Below are positions 1 to 12,044 of a stretch of DNA of 64,000 nucleotides, piece by piece. Made by a program: the position numbers and the translations under genes. Position 1 is the stretch's first letter. Every line of letters begins with the position of its first letter. The stretch comes from the human T2T-CHM13v2.0 reference genome, Homo sapiens, in NCBI RefSeq assembly GCF_009914755.1, contig NC_060925.1; one strand, written 5' to 3'. The notes below the pieces were generated by a model. The model worked only from the letters and a program-made list of their open reading frames with translations. It did no database searches and was not told the origin of the DNA.

Positions 1-764
1 TTAGACTTCCAGCCCCCATCCTGCCAGGCAGGTGGGGAAACCCCAATCCCAACTCCAGGAACTGCAAAAGTGCAGGGAGGAAGGTTGAGCCCAGCTCCCG
101 GGGTGGCTGTTCAGATGGCTGCCATCAGTCAGCACTGGGCACTGAGCTACCTGATGTCCAGGCCACGTGGGCCCTTCAGTCCCGTCCCCATCTCCCCTGG
201 CCTCTCCTGCATCTGCACTCCCTTTGGGGCAAAGAAGTCTGGTGAGGGCAGGAAGCCAGAGTCTTACCCCCCAGGGTGGGGCCACCTCCCCACACACTCC
301 TGGGAGAGGCATTGGTCCTCCCGGCTCGGTGCTTGTTGGTCCACCACCTCTATCCTGAGTCTCCACAAGAAGCTCACAGGCTGGGAAGTCCCTCAGCCTC
401 CTGTCCACTCTCCTTCTGTCCTTGTTCCCTTTCTCTTCCATTCCAGCACCCCTGGAAGAGCCGCCTCGTGCACTCTGACTTTAGGGAAACAAAAGCAGAA
501 CTCTATGCGGTCCACTCCCTGGGCTGCACCATAGTGAGGGGGAGCTAAAGAGCTCAGAACCCCCGATGGGAGCAGGGGGTCTGGCGGGGGCAGCCTGGCC
601 TCCCTTCCCCTCCTCCTCCCCTACTCATCAATTCGCCCCAGGAGCCAGCTCCCCAGCAGTGAGAGGGCTGCCCTCAGGGAGGGCCTGGGTCCTACCCCTT
701 GGCCCCACCCAGGTCCCCTCTGCACCCACGGGCTCTGACAGCCCCCCTGCCTCTCTCTTCACAG

Positions 765-905
765 TCCATGGCATCAAGTGGACCTGCAGCAATGGGAACA
801 GCAGCTCAGGCTTCTCGGTGGAACAGCTGGTGCAGCAGATCCTCGACAGCCACCAGACCAAGCCCCAGCCGCGGACCCACAACTGCCTCTGCACCGGCAG
901 CCTGG
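765..905 (+). CDS. CAMTA1: CAMTA1 coding exon 8 (141 nt, phase 1/1): HGIKWTCSNGNSSSGFSVEQLVQQILDSHQTKPQPRTHNCLCTGSL
   Basis: Acceptor ctctctcttcacag at 751-764 and donor TGG|gtgagc; the peptide is recognisable CAMTA1 sequence; joins exon 9 in frame (G|GA GCT GGC). Confidence 0.96.
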
Positions 906-1433
906 GTGAGCCGGGGCTCCCGGGGCAGGCGGGCGCCACGGGGACAGAGGGGCCCTACCAGGCAGCCGTCATGGCTGTCCTCTGTGGGAGTAGCCATGAC
1001 ATCTAGTGAGGGAGGAGGGGGACAGTCAGGGACTGGGCGACACCACCGCACCCAGCACAGACACAAGGCAGGCCTTCCGCCTCGTCCTGCCCTGCAACTG
1101 GCTGGCAGTCCGCTCTGGGCAGGAGGGAGCAGTGTCCAGAGGGACAGCTTCCTCCGTGGGGCAAGAACTGGGGGCAGCAGAGTTGGGGAAGCGAGGAGCT
1201 CTGGGGCTCGGGGCCTCTCTGTTCAGGCCCACACTCTTGGGCATCCTCTGCCAGAGGGCACTGGGGTCTTGAGGGAGACGTGCCCTGCGTCAGTGACACC
1301 ACGCAGGCGCAACCTCTTTCTTTAACCTCTGTCTCCTCCAAGAACATGAAGCGTCCCGCGCTCTCCTTCCTAATGTGTCTGTTTTTCTGATAATGGTATT
1401 TGCTCTTTGAAATGTGTGTTCTCCTCTCCCCAG

Positions 1434-1511
1434 GCTGACTTAATTAGATAGTCCCATTAGAGGGTCGTGTCACTTCTCTGCGCAGTCTTGGTGCATTGAG
1501 GAGTCTTGGTG
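1434..1511 (+). other. Candidate cryptic/poison exon in intron 8
   Basis: Acceptor ttctcctctccccag| at 1433; in-frame TGA at 1436-1438 after splicing from exon 8; donor-like GTG|gtgagg at 1511. Confidence 0.3.
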
Positions 1512-2321
1512 GTGAGGCCATAACAGGATCAGGGAGAATTTGCCCTTTCATCAAAAGTAAAGTGACCCTTATCGGATGAAATGAAAATGGTAAAAATATC
1601 CAATGGGAGGGAGAGAAAAGCCGTCCTGGCTGCCGGGGCTGGAGGAGCTGCCAGGGAGGCTTTGCCAAGCTCAGAAACGTTCGGCTCCTGAGGCTTGTAC
1701 GTCTGAAATGAGGAGCAAGGGCTCTGTCCCTACTTAGGACCTAGAAGGATTTTTGTACCCCAGAGAGCTGAGGGTAGGCCTGGGCTTAGGTACCTTTCCG
1801 CCTCTGGAGCAGGGTCGAGAACCCTCTTTGGTCCTGAGGCCTGAGAGCTGGTCCCGAGACTGCATTTCCATCACCTCCCCATTGACCTCTGGTTGCCAGG
1901 CCCCAGGGGTGGCTCCTCACTGGGGCATGGCCTGAGCAGCTGTGGGAAGTTGGGGAGGGGAGGTGGGGCAGGATACGAACGTAGCCACTCTCACCAGGCT
2001 GATCCCCTCTTGCCAGCAAAAGCCCTTCCAGATGAGTGGTATCTGTCTCTGATGGCGGAGGGGACTTTCCTGGGTGTTGACATTCTCTCCACCTTCTCCT
2101 TCCCAACTTCCCATATGCTTCCTATTTGAAAAGAGCATCAAGGCCAAAGCCCCTCTGATCTTTGGAGGAGGGTCAAAGGGGCGTGGGACGGCCCCCGGGC
2201 TTGGGGTACGTGTCCAAGGGCTGAGAGTCTGTGGCCTGCCTGGGGTACCGGGCCTGGACTTTGCCAGGGACCCCAGCCGCTGTGGGGCAGGTCCACCACG
2301 GTCCTAGCTCTGACTCTCTTT

Positions 2322-2377
2322 TGTGTGTGCATGTGTGTGTGCACATGTGTGCCTGCGTGTGCGTGCGCGTGTTGTGT
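2322..2377 (+). repeat. Degenerate (TG/CG)n tract at the exon 9 acceptor
   Basis: tgtgtgtgcatgtgtgtgtgcacatgtgtgcctgcgtgtgcgtgcgcgtgttgtg. Confidence 0.9.
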
Positions 2378-2391
2378 TCCGATCTCCGCAG

Positions 2392-4238
2392 GAGCTGGCG
2401 GCAGCGTGCATCACAAGTGTAACAGCGCCAAACACCGCATCATCTCGCCCAAGGTGGAGCCACGGACAGGGGGGTACGGGAGCCACTCGGAGGTGCAGCA
2501 CAATGACGTGTCGGAGGGCAAGCACGAGCACAGCCACAGCAAGGGCTCCAGCCGTGAGAAGAGGAATGGCAAGGTGGCCAAGCCCGTGCTCCTGCACCAG
2601 AGCAGCACCGAGGTCTCCTCCACCAACCAGGTGGAAGTCCCCGACACCACCCAGAGCTCCCCTGTGTCCATCAGCAGCGGGCTCAACAGCGACCCGGACA
2701 TGGTGGACAGCCCGGTGGTCACAGGTGTGTCCGGTATGGCGGTGGCCTCTGTGATGGGGAGCTTGTCCCAGAGCGCCACGGTGTTCATGTCAGAGGTCAC
2801 CAATGAGGCCGTGTACACCATGTCCCCCACCGCTGGCCCCAACCACCACCTCCTCTCACCTGACGCCTCTCAGGGCCTCGTCCTGGCCGTGAGCTCTGAT
2901 GGCCACAAGTTCGCCTTTCCCACCACGGGCAGCTCAGAGAGCCTGTCCATGCTGCCCACCAACGTGTCCGAAGAGCTGGTCCTCTCCACCACCCTCGACG
3001 GTGGCCGGAAGATTCCAGAAACCACCATGAACTTTGACCCCGACTGTTTCCTTAATAACCCAAAGCAGGGCCAGACGTACGGGGGTGGAGGCCTGAAAGC
3101 CGAGATGGTCAGCTCCAACATCCGGCACTCGCCACCCGGGGAGCGGAGCTTCAGCTTTACCACCGTCCTCACCAAGGAGATCAAGACCGAGGACACCTCC
3201 TTCGAGCAGCAGATGGCCAAAGAAGCGTACTCCTCCTCCGCGGCGGCTGTGGCAGCCAGCTCCCTCACCCTGACCGCCGGCTCCAGCCTCCTGCCGTCGG
3301 GCGGCGGCCTGAGTCCCAGCACCACCCTGGAGCAGATGGACTTCAGCGCCATCGACTCCAACAAGGACTACACGTCCAGCTTCAGCCAGACGGGCCACAG
3401 CCCCCACATCCACCAGACCCCCTCCCCGAGCTTCTTCCTGCAGGACGCCAGCAAACCCCTCCCCGTCGAGCAGAACACCCACAGCAGCCTGAGTGACTCT
3501 GGGGGCACCTTCGTGATGCCCACGGTGAAAACGGAGGCCTCGTCCCAAACCAGCTCCTGCAGCGGTCACGTGGAGACGCGGATCGAGTCCACTTCCTCCC
3601 TCCACCTCATGCAGTTCCAGGCCAACTTCCAGGCCATGACGGCAGAAGGGGAGGTCACCATGGAGACCTCGCAGGCGGCGGAAGGGAGCGAGGTCCTGCT
3701 CAAGTCTGGGGAGCTGCAGGCTTGCAGCTCTGAGCACTACCTGCAGCCGGAGACCAACGGGGTAATCCGAAGCGCCGGCGGCGTCCCCATCCTCCCGGGC
3801 AACGTGGTGCAGGGACTCTACCCCGTGGCCCAGCCCAGCCTCGGCAACGCCTCCAACATGGAGCTCAGCCTGGACCACTTTGACATCTCCTTCAGCAACC
3901 AGTTCTCCGACCTGATCAACGACTTCATCTCCGTGGAGGGGGGCAGCAGCACCATCTATGGGCACCAGCTGGTGTCGGGGGACAGCACGGCGCTCTCACA
4001 GTCAGAGGACGGGGCGCGGGCCCCCTTCACCCAGGCAGAGATGTGCCTCCCCTGCTGTAGCCCCCAGCAGGGTAGCCTGCAGCTGAGCAGCTCGGAGGGC
4101 GGGGCCAGCACCATGGCCTACATGCACGTCGCCGAGGTGGTCTCGGCCGCCTCGGCCCAGGGCACCCTAGGCATGCTGCAGCAGAGCGGACGGGTGTTCA
4201 TGGTGACCGACTACTCCCCAGAGTGGTCTTACCCAGAG
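2392..4238 (+). CDS. CAMTA1: CAMTA1 coding exon 9 (1847 nt giant exon, phase 1/0): Ser/Thr-rich region and start of the IPT/TIG domain (…VFMVTDYSPEWSYPE)
   Basis: Lies within the 663-aa ORF 2325-4316; acceptor ctccgcag at 2384-2391; donor GAG|gtaagc; strong third-position GC bias. Confidence 0.97.
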
Positions 4239-4460
4239 GTAAGCTGCCGCCGCTGCCACCACATGTCACCTCCCCTCCCACCCACCTCGCCAGCCCCTGC
4301 GCCACCCTGCAGCTAAGGGATGCCTGTGGCTGCCCTTCAGAGGAAGCTCTGGACCACAAAGATGATGCTTTCCCCTCCTTGTGTCCCCACGGTGCTTGAA
4401 CACCTCCGTCTTTCACGCAGTGGTTCTCAAACTTCACTGGGGCAAGTAGCTTTAAAGTCA

Positions 4461-4771
<311 letters not shown>

Positions 4772-4924
4772 TCAGGGTATCCTTGGAAGCAAAATGCTCC
4801 CCCAGCTCCAGCCAGAGTCGTCTGCCGTTTCTCGATTTATGTGTTGAGTCCATCTATGTTTTGCTTTGCTTTTTTTTTGAAAAGGGGTCCCAGGGTTGCT
4901 TAAAAAAATTCAAAAGTCACCATT

Positions 4925-5269
<345 letters not shown>

Positions 5270-5907
5270 CTACTTCTCTAAGCCAAACAAAACCAAAAAC
5301 CAAAAATCTCTCTCAAAACTGAACAGGGCACAGCTTCTGAAGAGTCATCCTGAAGATCCTTCTTAAGTAAACCTGGCCTTCTGCAAAATTCCACACAGGT
5401 CATAGGACGCAGGATTCCAACGTGCACCCTCCCCCAGCCCCCAGGCCGCCTCAGCTCCCGGGGATCTGACTTTGAGAACCACTACTCCAAAGACCAAAGC
5501 ATCTTGCCTGAGGGACACAAGCAGTAGAGGAATCTCTGCTTTTTCTGTAGAGCAGAATAGCACAGGAAGGGGACAGAGTGGCCCAGGCTTTCCCTAAATA
5601 ACCTAGTGCAGACAAGCACGTGCATCCTGACCTCTACCCAGCCCATCTGGGTGCTCAGGGACCAGCACATGCACCACGGGCCCTGATTGGACACTGCCTG
5701 GGAGGTGGCTGCCCACGGCCCACTCGGCTGGAGAACACCAAAGAAGGGGGCTCATACTTCCTCACCCTTCTTCCCCGCTGGCAAAGCTAAGAAAATCTGT
5801 GTACAGACACCCCCAGCTCTCCCATCCCCGATAGGAAGAGCCCGGAAGGATCAGACTGGGCTTCCTCTTGGTATAGGTTGGTGTGACCGTGTTTCTGACC
5901 CCCCTGC

Positions 5908-6229
<322 letters not shown>

Positions 6230-7427
6230 TGACCTCCTAATCTTATCAGTGACTCTGAGCTCAATGGCACCTTCGGAGTGCCCACCACACCCCCCACCCC
6301 ACCCCATGAAGGCCAGTTGGGCATCTTCCCCGTGCCCCCTGACCCTGGGCTTAAGAAAGCGATGCAAAGGGACAGGGAGGAGGCCAGGATCAGGGTGCGG
6401 GGGGACGGTCAGAGCTGTCTTCTGGTCCTGGCTCCTTGAGACCTGACTCTCTGGGGCTCAGTTTCCTTACGTGTAAATGGCTGAGAGGGGGTGGCCTCGA
6501 GGCACTCCCAGTCCTAGGACCTGGGAGATTTGGTCCTCGGGACACTTAGAGGCGCCCTGGAGCCCTTAATGTCTTGCAGAAGCCAGGAGGTGGGAGGAGG
6601 GTCCCCTCTTTTCCCGAGGTCCTGGCCTGTCAGACAGGCCCTGGGCTGGGTGCAGACCCACACCCCAGCCTCCTGGGTGTCCTGGCGAGTGGGACATTAG
6701 CAGGCCTGACTCCTTCTGTCCTTTCTGGGCCTGCAGTTCAGCAGCTCGCCACACGAGGGCGGCCCAGGAACAGGAACGCAATGGCAGCCTGGCAGCCTGG
6801 CAGCCCAGCAGAGGGAGCGGCCAGCCTTGCTTTCCCAGAAGCCCTCAATGCTTCCAGTTACCCACAACCAAAAGCTGCTGAAATTCAGCTTGATTTGGAA
6901 AATGCGCATAAGCCACCCAGCTAGGCCCTTTGGGGCCCCACCTGGCCACACAGTGAGGCCTCAGAGGTTGTGAAGGGCCCCTTCCTCCTTGCTGTCCTCT
7001 CCTACCCAGGCCACTGTCTCCACACCACAGCAGGGGTGCCCCCATCCTGGGTTCTACAGGAGAGAGCACCTTCTCTCTTGACACTTCTCTCCCTTTGTCT
7101 GGCCCTCGTCCTGTCCCCTCCCTGCCAGCCTGTCTGTGCACTGACTGCATCAGGAGTCCAATCTGGCCAGGTTCTGCCAAGCTCAGGGAGGGCTCTACAG
7201 GCAGGCTCGTCGGCCTGGGCCCTACTTCCCAGTCTGCAAAATGGGGTTTGGCTAAACGGTTACTCAGCACCCCCACCCAGCTCTAAACCTCAATGCATCT
7301 ACCTAGCAGGAATGCGATGGCCGGGGCCATCCTGCTGTCTCTTCTCTGAGTGGCCCTCCCTCCCACAGGCGGCTCCCATTTCTCCTATCTCTGTCCACCC
7401 CTTCACCTCCAGCTGCAGCTGGTCACC

Positions 7428-7435
7428 AACACACA

Positions 7436-7481
<46 letters not shown>

Positions 7482-7486
7482 ACACA
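7428..7486 (+). repeat. (CA)n microsatellite
   Basis: About 20 uninterrupted CA units with degenerate flanks. Confidence 0.95.
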
Positions 7487-7599
7487 CCCCAGAGGCGTCC
7501 CCCTATGCCCCAGCATCTGCCCTGGCTGCATCAGACATGGGCCCTTTATCTCAGGACTCAGAGACCTCAGATGGCATTTCGTGCCCCCTCCCCACCCCC

Positions 7600-7800
7600 A
7601 AAACCCTCCTGCGTCATCTCCCACCACTGACACTCCTGCTGCAGCAGCAGAAGAGCCTGCAATTACAGCCTCAGGCACGCGCGTCACCACCAGTTCAGCG
7701 CAGCCAGGCGGGCTGTTGCCATGGGAACCATCCCTTGAATGGATGGATGCTGAGCTGTCCTGCGGCGGTTTCCATGGAGAAGGTCCTGATGTTCTCCAGT
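7600..7800 (+). promoter_or_regulatory. Candidate internal promoter/enhancer A with two RFX X-boxes
   Basis: GTTGCCATGGGAAC at 7715-7728 and GTTTCCATGGAGAA at 7768-7781; CRE half-sites CGTCA near 7612 and 7682; local CpG retention. Confidence 0.55.
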
Positions 7801-7841
7801 AATTTCTGCAGTTCTTTGTTCCCGGCAGCAGCCCCAGCCTC

Positions 7842-7892
7842 ATGCTAGCAGCTGTTGATTGCGGTTATTATTTTTTCCCTTTTTCTCACATG
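7842..7892 (+). CDS. CAMTA1: Candidate alternative first coding exon A: MLAAVDCGYYFFPFSHM, splicing to exon 10
   Basis: ATGs at 7842 and 7890 in one frame; upstream in-frame TAA at 7800-7802; donor ATG|gtaact is phase 0, matching exon 10; promoter-like motifs directly upstream. Confidence 0.55.
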
Positions 7893-9954
7893 GTAACTGT
7901 CTGTGGCCTTTTGAAGTCACTGCTCTTCCACTTCCCAGGATCCTGGGGGATGGTGCCCTGAGCTGGCCTTCTGGTGCTTCCAGACATCCCAAAGTCAGGC
8001 TCCACCTGTCCGCCGGCACTCTTCTCAGCCAGGCACCCACTCCCCCCAATGCCCCGCCACTTCCACGGAGCTGCAAATATCCCTGGGCATCAGAACAAGG
8101 GATGCTGTGGTCAGAAGGGCCCCTAGCAAGGAGATGCCACCCAGAGAGGCTGGGCCACTTGCCTGAGGACACACAGCTACTGAGGCGCAGGAGCAGGCCT
8201 CCTGCTTTTGTTTCTCGGTCCTGAGCTCTCTCTGCTGCCGTAGCAGTAAAGTGACCTCCCAGGCCAGAGCCAGGCTCATGCAAGAGCAGGGGTGGAATAT
8301 GCTTTCCAGCCTGGGAGAGCCCCTTCCGTGGAAGAAGTCTCTTTTCCTGGCTGGGCAATGGGAGGAGCTACTTCCACCTCATCCCTGGAAACACTCACTC
8401 CTGCTGCAGATGCCCTGGGCCAGGCCTGGGTTCCAGGAACATTGTGGGGCGCCTAGGGCAGGCTCCTTGTAGAGGCCGGGGCTTCCTCCAGGGCAGGGGT
8501 GGGCCAGGGCCCAGGAGAGGCCAAGCAAGAATGAGTGACTGACCAGTAGGGAGCATCTGGTTGGCACGGAGTTGGGGGGTAGGGAATCACTTCTCTGGCC
8601 TGGAGCAGTGGGGAAGGTGGGCTCACAGCAGCTCCTCACCCCCACCTCCCAGGCTCCAGCCTGCCTGGCGGCCTTCTCCAGCCTGGACACTAGGTGGTGC
8701 TCTCCGCCCTGACCTAGCAGCTCTCCGCCCCCCTGCAGGGAAAGGTGTTTACTGGTTTGGGGGTGGGGTGGATGGCGCCTCTGGGGTGGGTCCACCCAAG
8801 GTTAGCCAGGAGAGTCCGGGAGGCCGGCACCCCTACCTTCCTCATCCCCAGGGAGAGCCTCCCTCTACTCAGTGACCAGCCCCTCTCCTCGGCTAAGCCG
8901 TAAGTAGGGGACCTCCAAGGTGCCGTCCACCTCGCACCTCCCTCTCTCATCACTAAGCAGGACAATGGCCATGAAGCAGGACTGCCCGGGCCCCGGACAT
9001 GAGGCCACCCTCCTCCTCCACTTTCTGCAGCAGCCCCAGGCTGGTCGGAACGGGGAGTCAGGGAGTACCCCAGCCCTTCCGATGCTCTCCTGCCCCTGGG
9101 CGCCCTGGGAGGTTCCTGAGGGTGGGGTCCTCCCCCCTGGAGCTGAGGAAGGTCATTCGAGGCTGCTCCCAGCCAGGCTGCATGGTCACTGCTTGCTTGT
9201 GGGACCCCAGGCTAGCTGTGTAGGCAGTGACACAGACTCAAGGACCTTTGATAGCACAGGGTTGGGGGAGGGGGCAGATGCTCAGCCCCGTTCCACTCCC
9301 AGCCCCAAGCTCTGAGCCCCAAACTCAGCTCCCAGGGCAGTCTCTGAGCGTCTCCTTCACTTAGCTCCTTTAGCTCCTCTGTTTCTTCATCGGGCTCTTC
9401 AGCCCGTCCTGCTCCAGCCCCTCACCTTGCCATCCCCACAGCCTGGGGATCCTGGGTCTCTCCTCAACTCCCTACAAGAACTTCTGGTCCCTGGGCTGAC
9501 ACGGAGATGCTCAGGCCTGTTTTCAAAACTTGGAGTTCCCTCAGTCTGTCCACAAGTGAATGACGGAGCAAGTCCCCTCCCTGCCCTCGGCTTCCTTCCA
9601 GGCCATTTCTCAGGGGCATCGTAGGCTGAAAGGGTTTGCAAAACTCTGCACTCCCTCCTGCCTGGATCTGCGAGTTACACAAAAGGGAGAAGGTCAGGGG
9701 TTGGAGCTGCCGGTCCTGGGGCTTCCTGAGGGGCTGGGGAAGGAGCGCCTTGGGCTCTCCTCTTGCTGTAGTCCTGGAGCTGTGGTTCTCAGAAGTCGGG
9801 GCTCACTGCAATCCCTGGAGTGAGGGCCTGGGAATCTGCATGGGGCGAGGGGTACAGACCCCCATCTGAGCAGTGAAGCCTCAGGGGGGCTTCCCCATGC
9901 TGCCTCCCACAGTGGCTCACACTCCAACTCTGTTCCCCTCTCTGTTCTCTGCAG

Positions 9955-10081
9955 GGAGGAGTGAAGGTCCTCATCACAGGCCCGTGGCAAGAAGCCAGCA
10001 ATAACTACAGCTGCCTGTTTGACCAGATCTCAGTGCCTGCATCCCTGATTCAGCCTGGGGTGCTGCGCTGCTACTGCCCAG
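9955..10081 (+). CDS. CAMTA1: CAMTA1 coding exon 10 (127 nt, phase 0/1): TIG domain GGVKVLITGPWQEASNNYSCLFDQISVPASLIQPGVLRCYCP
   Basis: Long pyrimidine tract ending gcag at 9954; donor CAG|gtgaga; typical CAMTA TIG motifs (GGxKVLITG, PGVLRCYCP). Confidence 0.97.
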
Positions 10082-11462
10082 GTGAGAAAGCCGCCCCCCA
10101 GGCCCCCAAGGTGAGTGTGATGGCCTGAGGAGCACTGGACTCGGAGTTGGCCTTGGGGTGACCTTGAGCAGGTCATGTCCTTACTCTAGGCCTCAGTTTC
10201 CTCGGCTGTGAAGAAGCGGATCCCCGATAGTCTATTAGAACGTCACCTCCTTTGGCTCAGGGACCTAATATAGGACAGGGACACAGGCACGCTTGACTGG
10301 GATTTTGAAGCGAATGTGATGAGAGCACGATTTAGGGCAGGAATAAGCCAGGCCCAGGCGATGTATCCAGGACTGGCCACAGTGGGAAGCGGCCACCACC
10401 CTCAGCCCAAAGGGTGACTAGAGCTGGTAAGAGCTGGGGCCAGAGACCACCTCTGCAGCAAGGCGGCCTCTCTGCACCTGCCCGTGCCTCCCATGGCCCA
10501 AGCCAACCAGAAGCCAGGAGAGCCCAGGCAATGCAGCCCACACACAGGCTCCATCCTCCCGAGGGCCCTGGGCAGGGGGCAGAAGGCTGGAGAAAGCCTG
10601 GCAGGGGCGGAGGGAGATGGGGTGGTGATGGGAGGTCAATCTAACAATAATCAGCACAAATGCCTTTGAGAATGTAAAACAGAGCCATCTACCCTGTGCC
10701 CAGAAAAGGTGCATATAATTTGCTTCCAATTTCAGGGGCTCAAAAATCCCCCAAGAAACCCTTGGGACAGCCTCTGTGCTGTCCCTGTGCCTCTGAAGCC
10801 CTTCCCCAGGCTCCAGCATTATCTGCTTAGCACGGTGTCCCTGTCTGGTCAACTTGTCATTGATCTCTGGCCATCACTGCTTCCCCACTCGCCTGTCCCA
10901 TGGGGTCAGGGACTATCTTCTTGATCACCATAGTATCCCCGGGGCTGGCAGAGTGCCGGACATGTCACAGAGGGGGATGGAGATTGTGACGGAATGAATG
11001 AGTCTCCAGGCATCTGAAGCCTGTTTCTAGAGCTCATGTCTTCTGCTCCTGGGCTGTTGCTGGCAGGACTCCCTTGGCTGCCCCATCTCATCACCACCAG
11101 CCCTCAGGATGGCCTGTCCAGTGAGCCCTGACCATAAACAGGAGGGGGGTAAGGATGCAGGGGTGCGGAACGGCAGGGAGACCCACCCCTGTCCTCTAAC
11201 GTCAGGGAGCCTAGAAAGGAGAGAAGATGCTCAGTGTAGAAGACTGGGGGTGAGGAGGAAAGGTACGGGGTGGGAGTACAGAGCTGGCCAGTGCTAGGCA
11301 GGCCCCAGGGTGTTTCTAGGTTCCACCCAAGGTGGTCCAGCCTGAGCCTTGGCTGCCCCAGCTGTCTGCCACCACCACCCCACCCTTGAACCATGCCCCC
11401 AGGCTGGGCCAGCTGAGTCCCACCACCCATTTCTCCTTTTCTCCTTCTCTCTCAGGCTCTTC

Positions 11463-11761
11463 TTTTTGTTGGTTTTTTTGTTTTGAGATGGAGTCTCACT
11501 CTTTTGCCAGGCTGGAGTGCAGTGATGCAATCTCGGCTCACTGCAACCTCTGTTTCCTGGGTTCAAGTGATTCTCTTGCCTCAGCCTCCCTGGTACCTGG
11601 GACTATAGGCTTGTGCCACCACACCCAGCTAATTTTTGTACTTTTAGTAGAGATGGAGTTTCACCATGTTGGCCAGGCTGGTCTCGAACTCCTGACGCAA
11701 GTGATCCGCCCACCTTGGCCTCCCAAAGTGCTGGGATTACAGGGGTGAGCCACTGTGCCCC
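11463..11761 (-). mobile_element. Alu (AluS-like)
   Basis: Reverse Alu; target-site duplication tctctctcaggctctt. Confidence 0.92.
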
Positions 11762-12044
11762 ATCTCTCTCAGGCTCTTCTTGCAGCCACCAGAGCAGAAA
11801 ACCCCTGCTCCACAGCTGGCTGCACACTCCGCCTCTGCTTGAACCCAGCACCATCTTCCCCAAAAAGTTCCCAGGAGCCAGTGCAGCAGCCCAAGGTGCC
11901 CACCCCACCCCCTGCTGGCCCAGCCCTCCCCTCCCAGCCCCCACCTGCCTGGCTCCAGAAGGCCCACCTAGCTGCCCTGCTCGGCCTGGAGCACAGCCAG
12001 CCGGGGTGGCAGCCAGGCCGGGTCTGCCTATCACAGCTCAGGGC

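Noticed and set aside
2934-3965. 343-aa antisense ORF, and other - strand ORFs, over exon 9
   Set aside because: Expected shadow of the GC3-rich sense reading frame; no independent splice or promoter support
2325-4316. The 663-aa ORF as a stand-alone single-exon gene
   Set aside because: Its ends are intronic read-through (UG repeat and post-donor sequence); the true exon is 2392-4238
7746-7760. REST/RE1-like half sites (TGCTGA, GCTGTCC)
   Set aside because: The half-sites are in the wrong order and spacing for a canonical RE1
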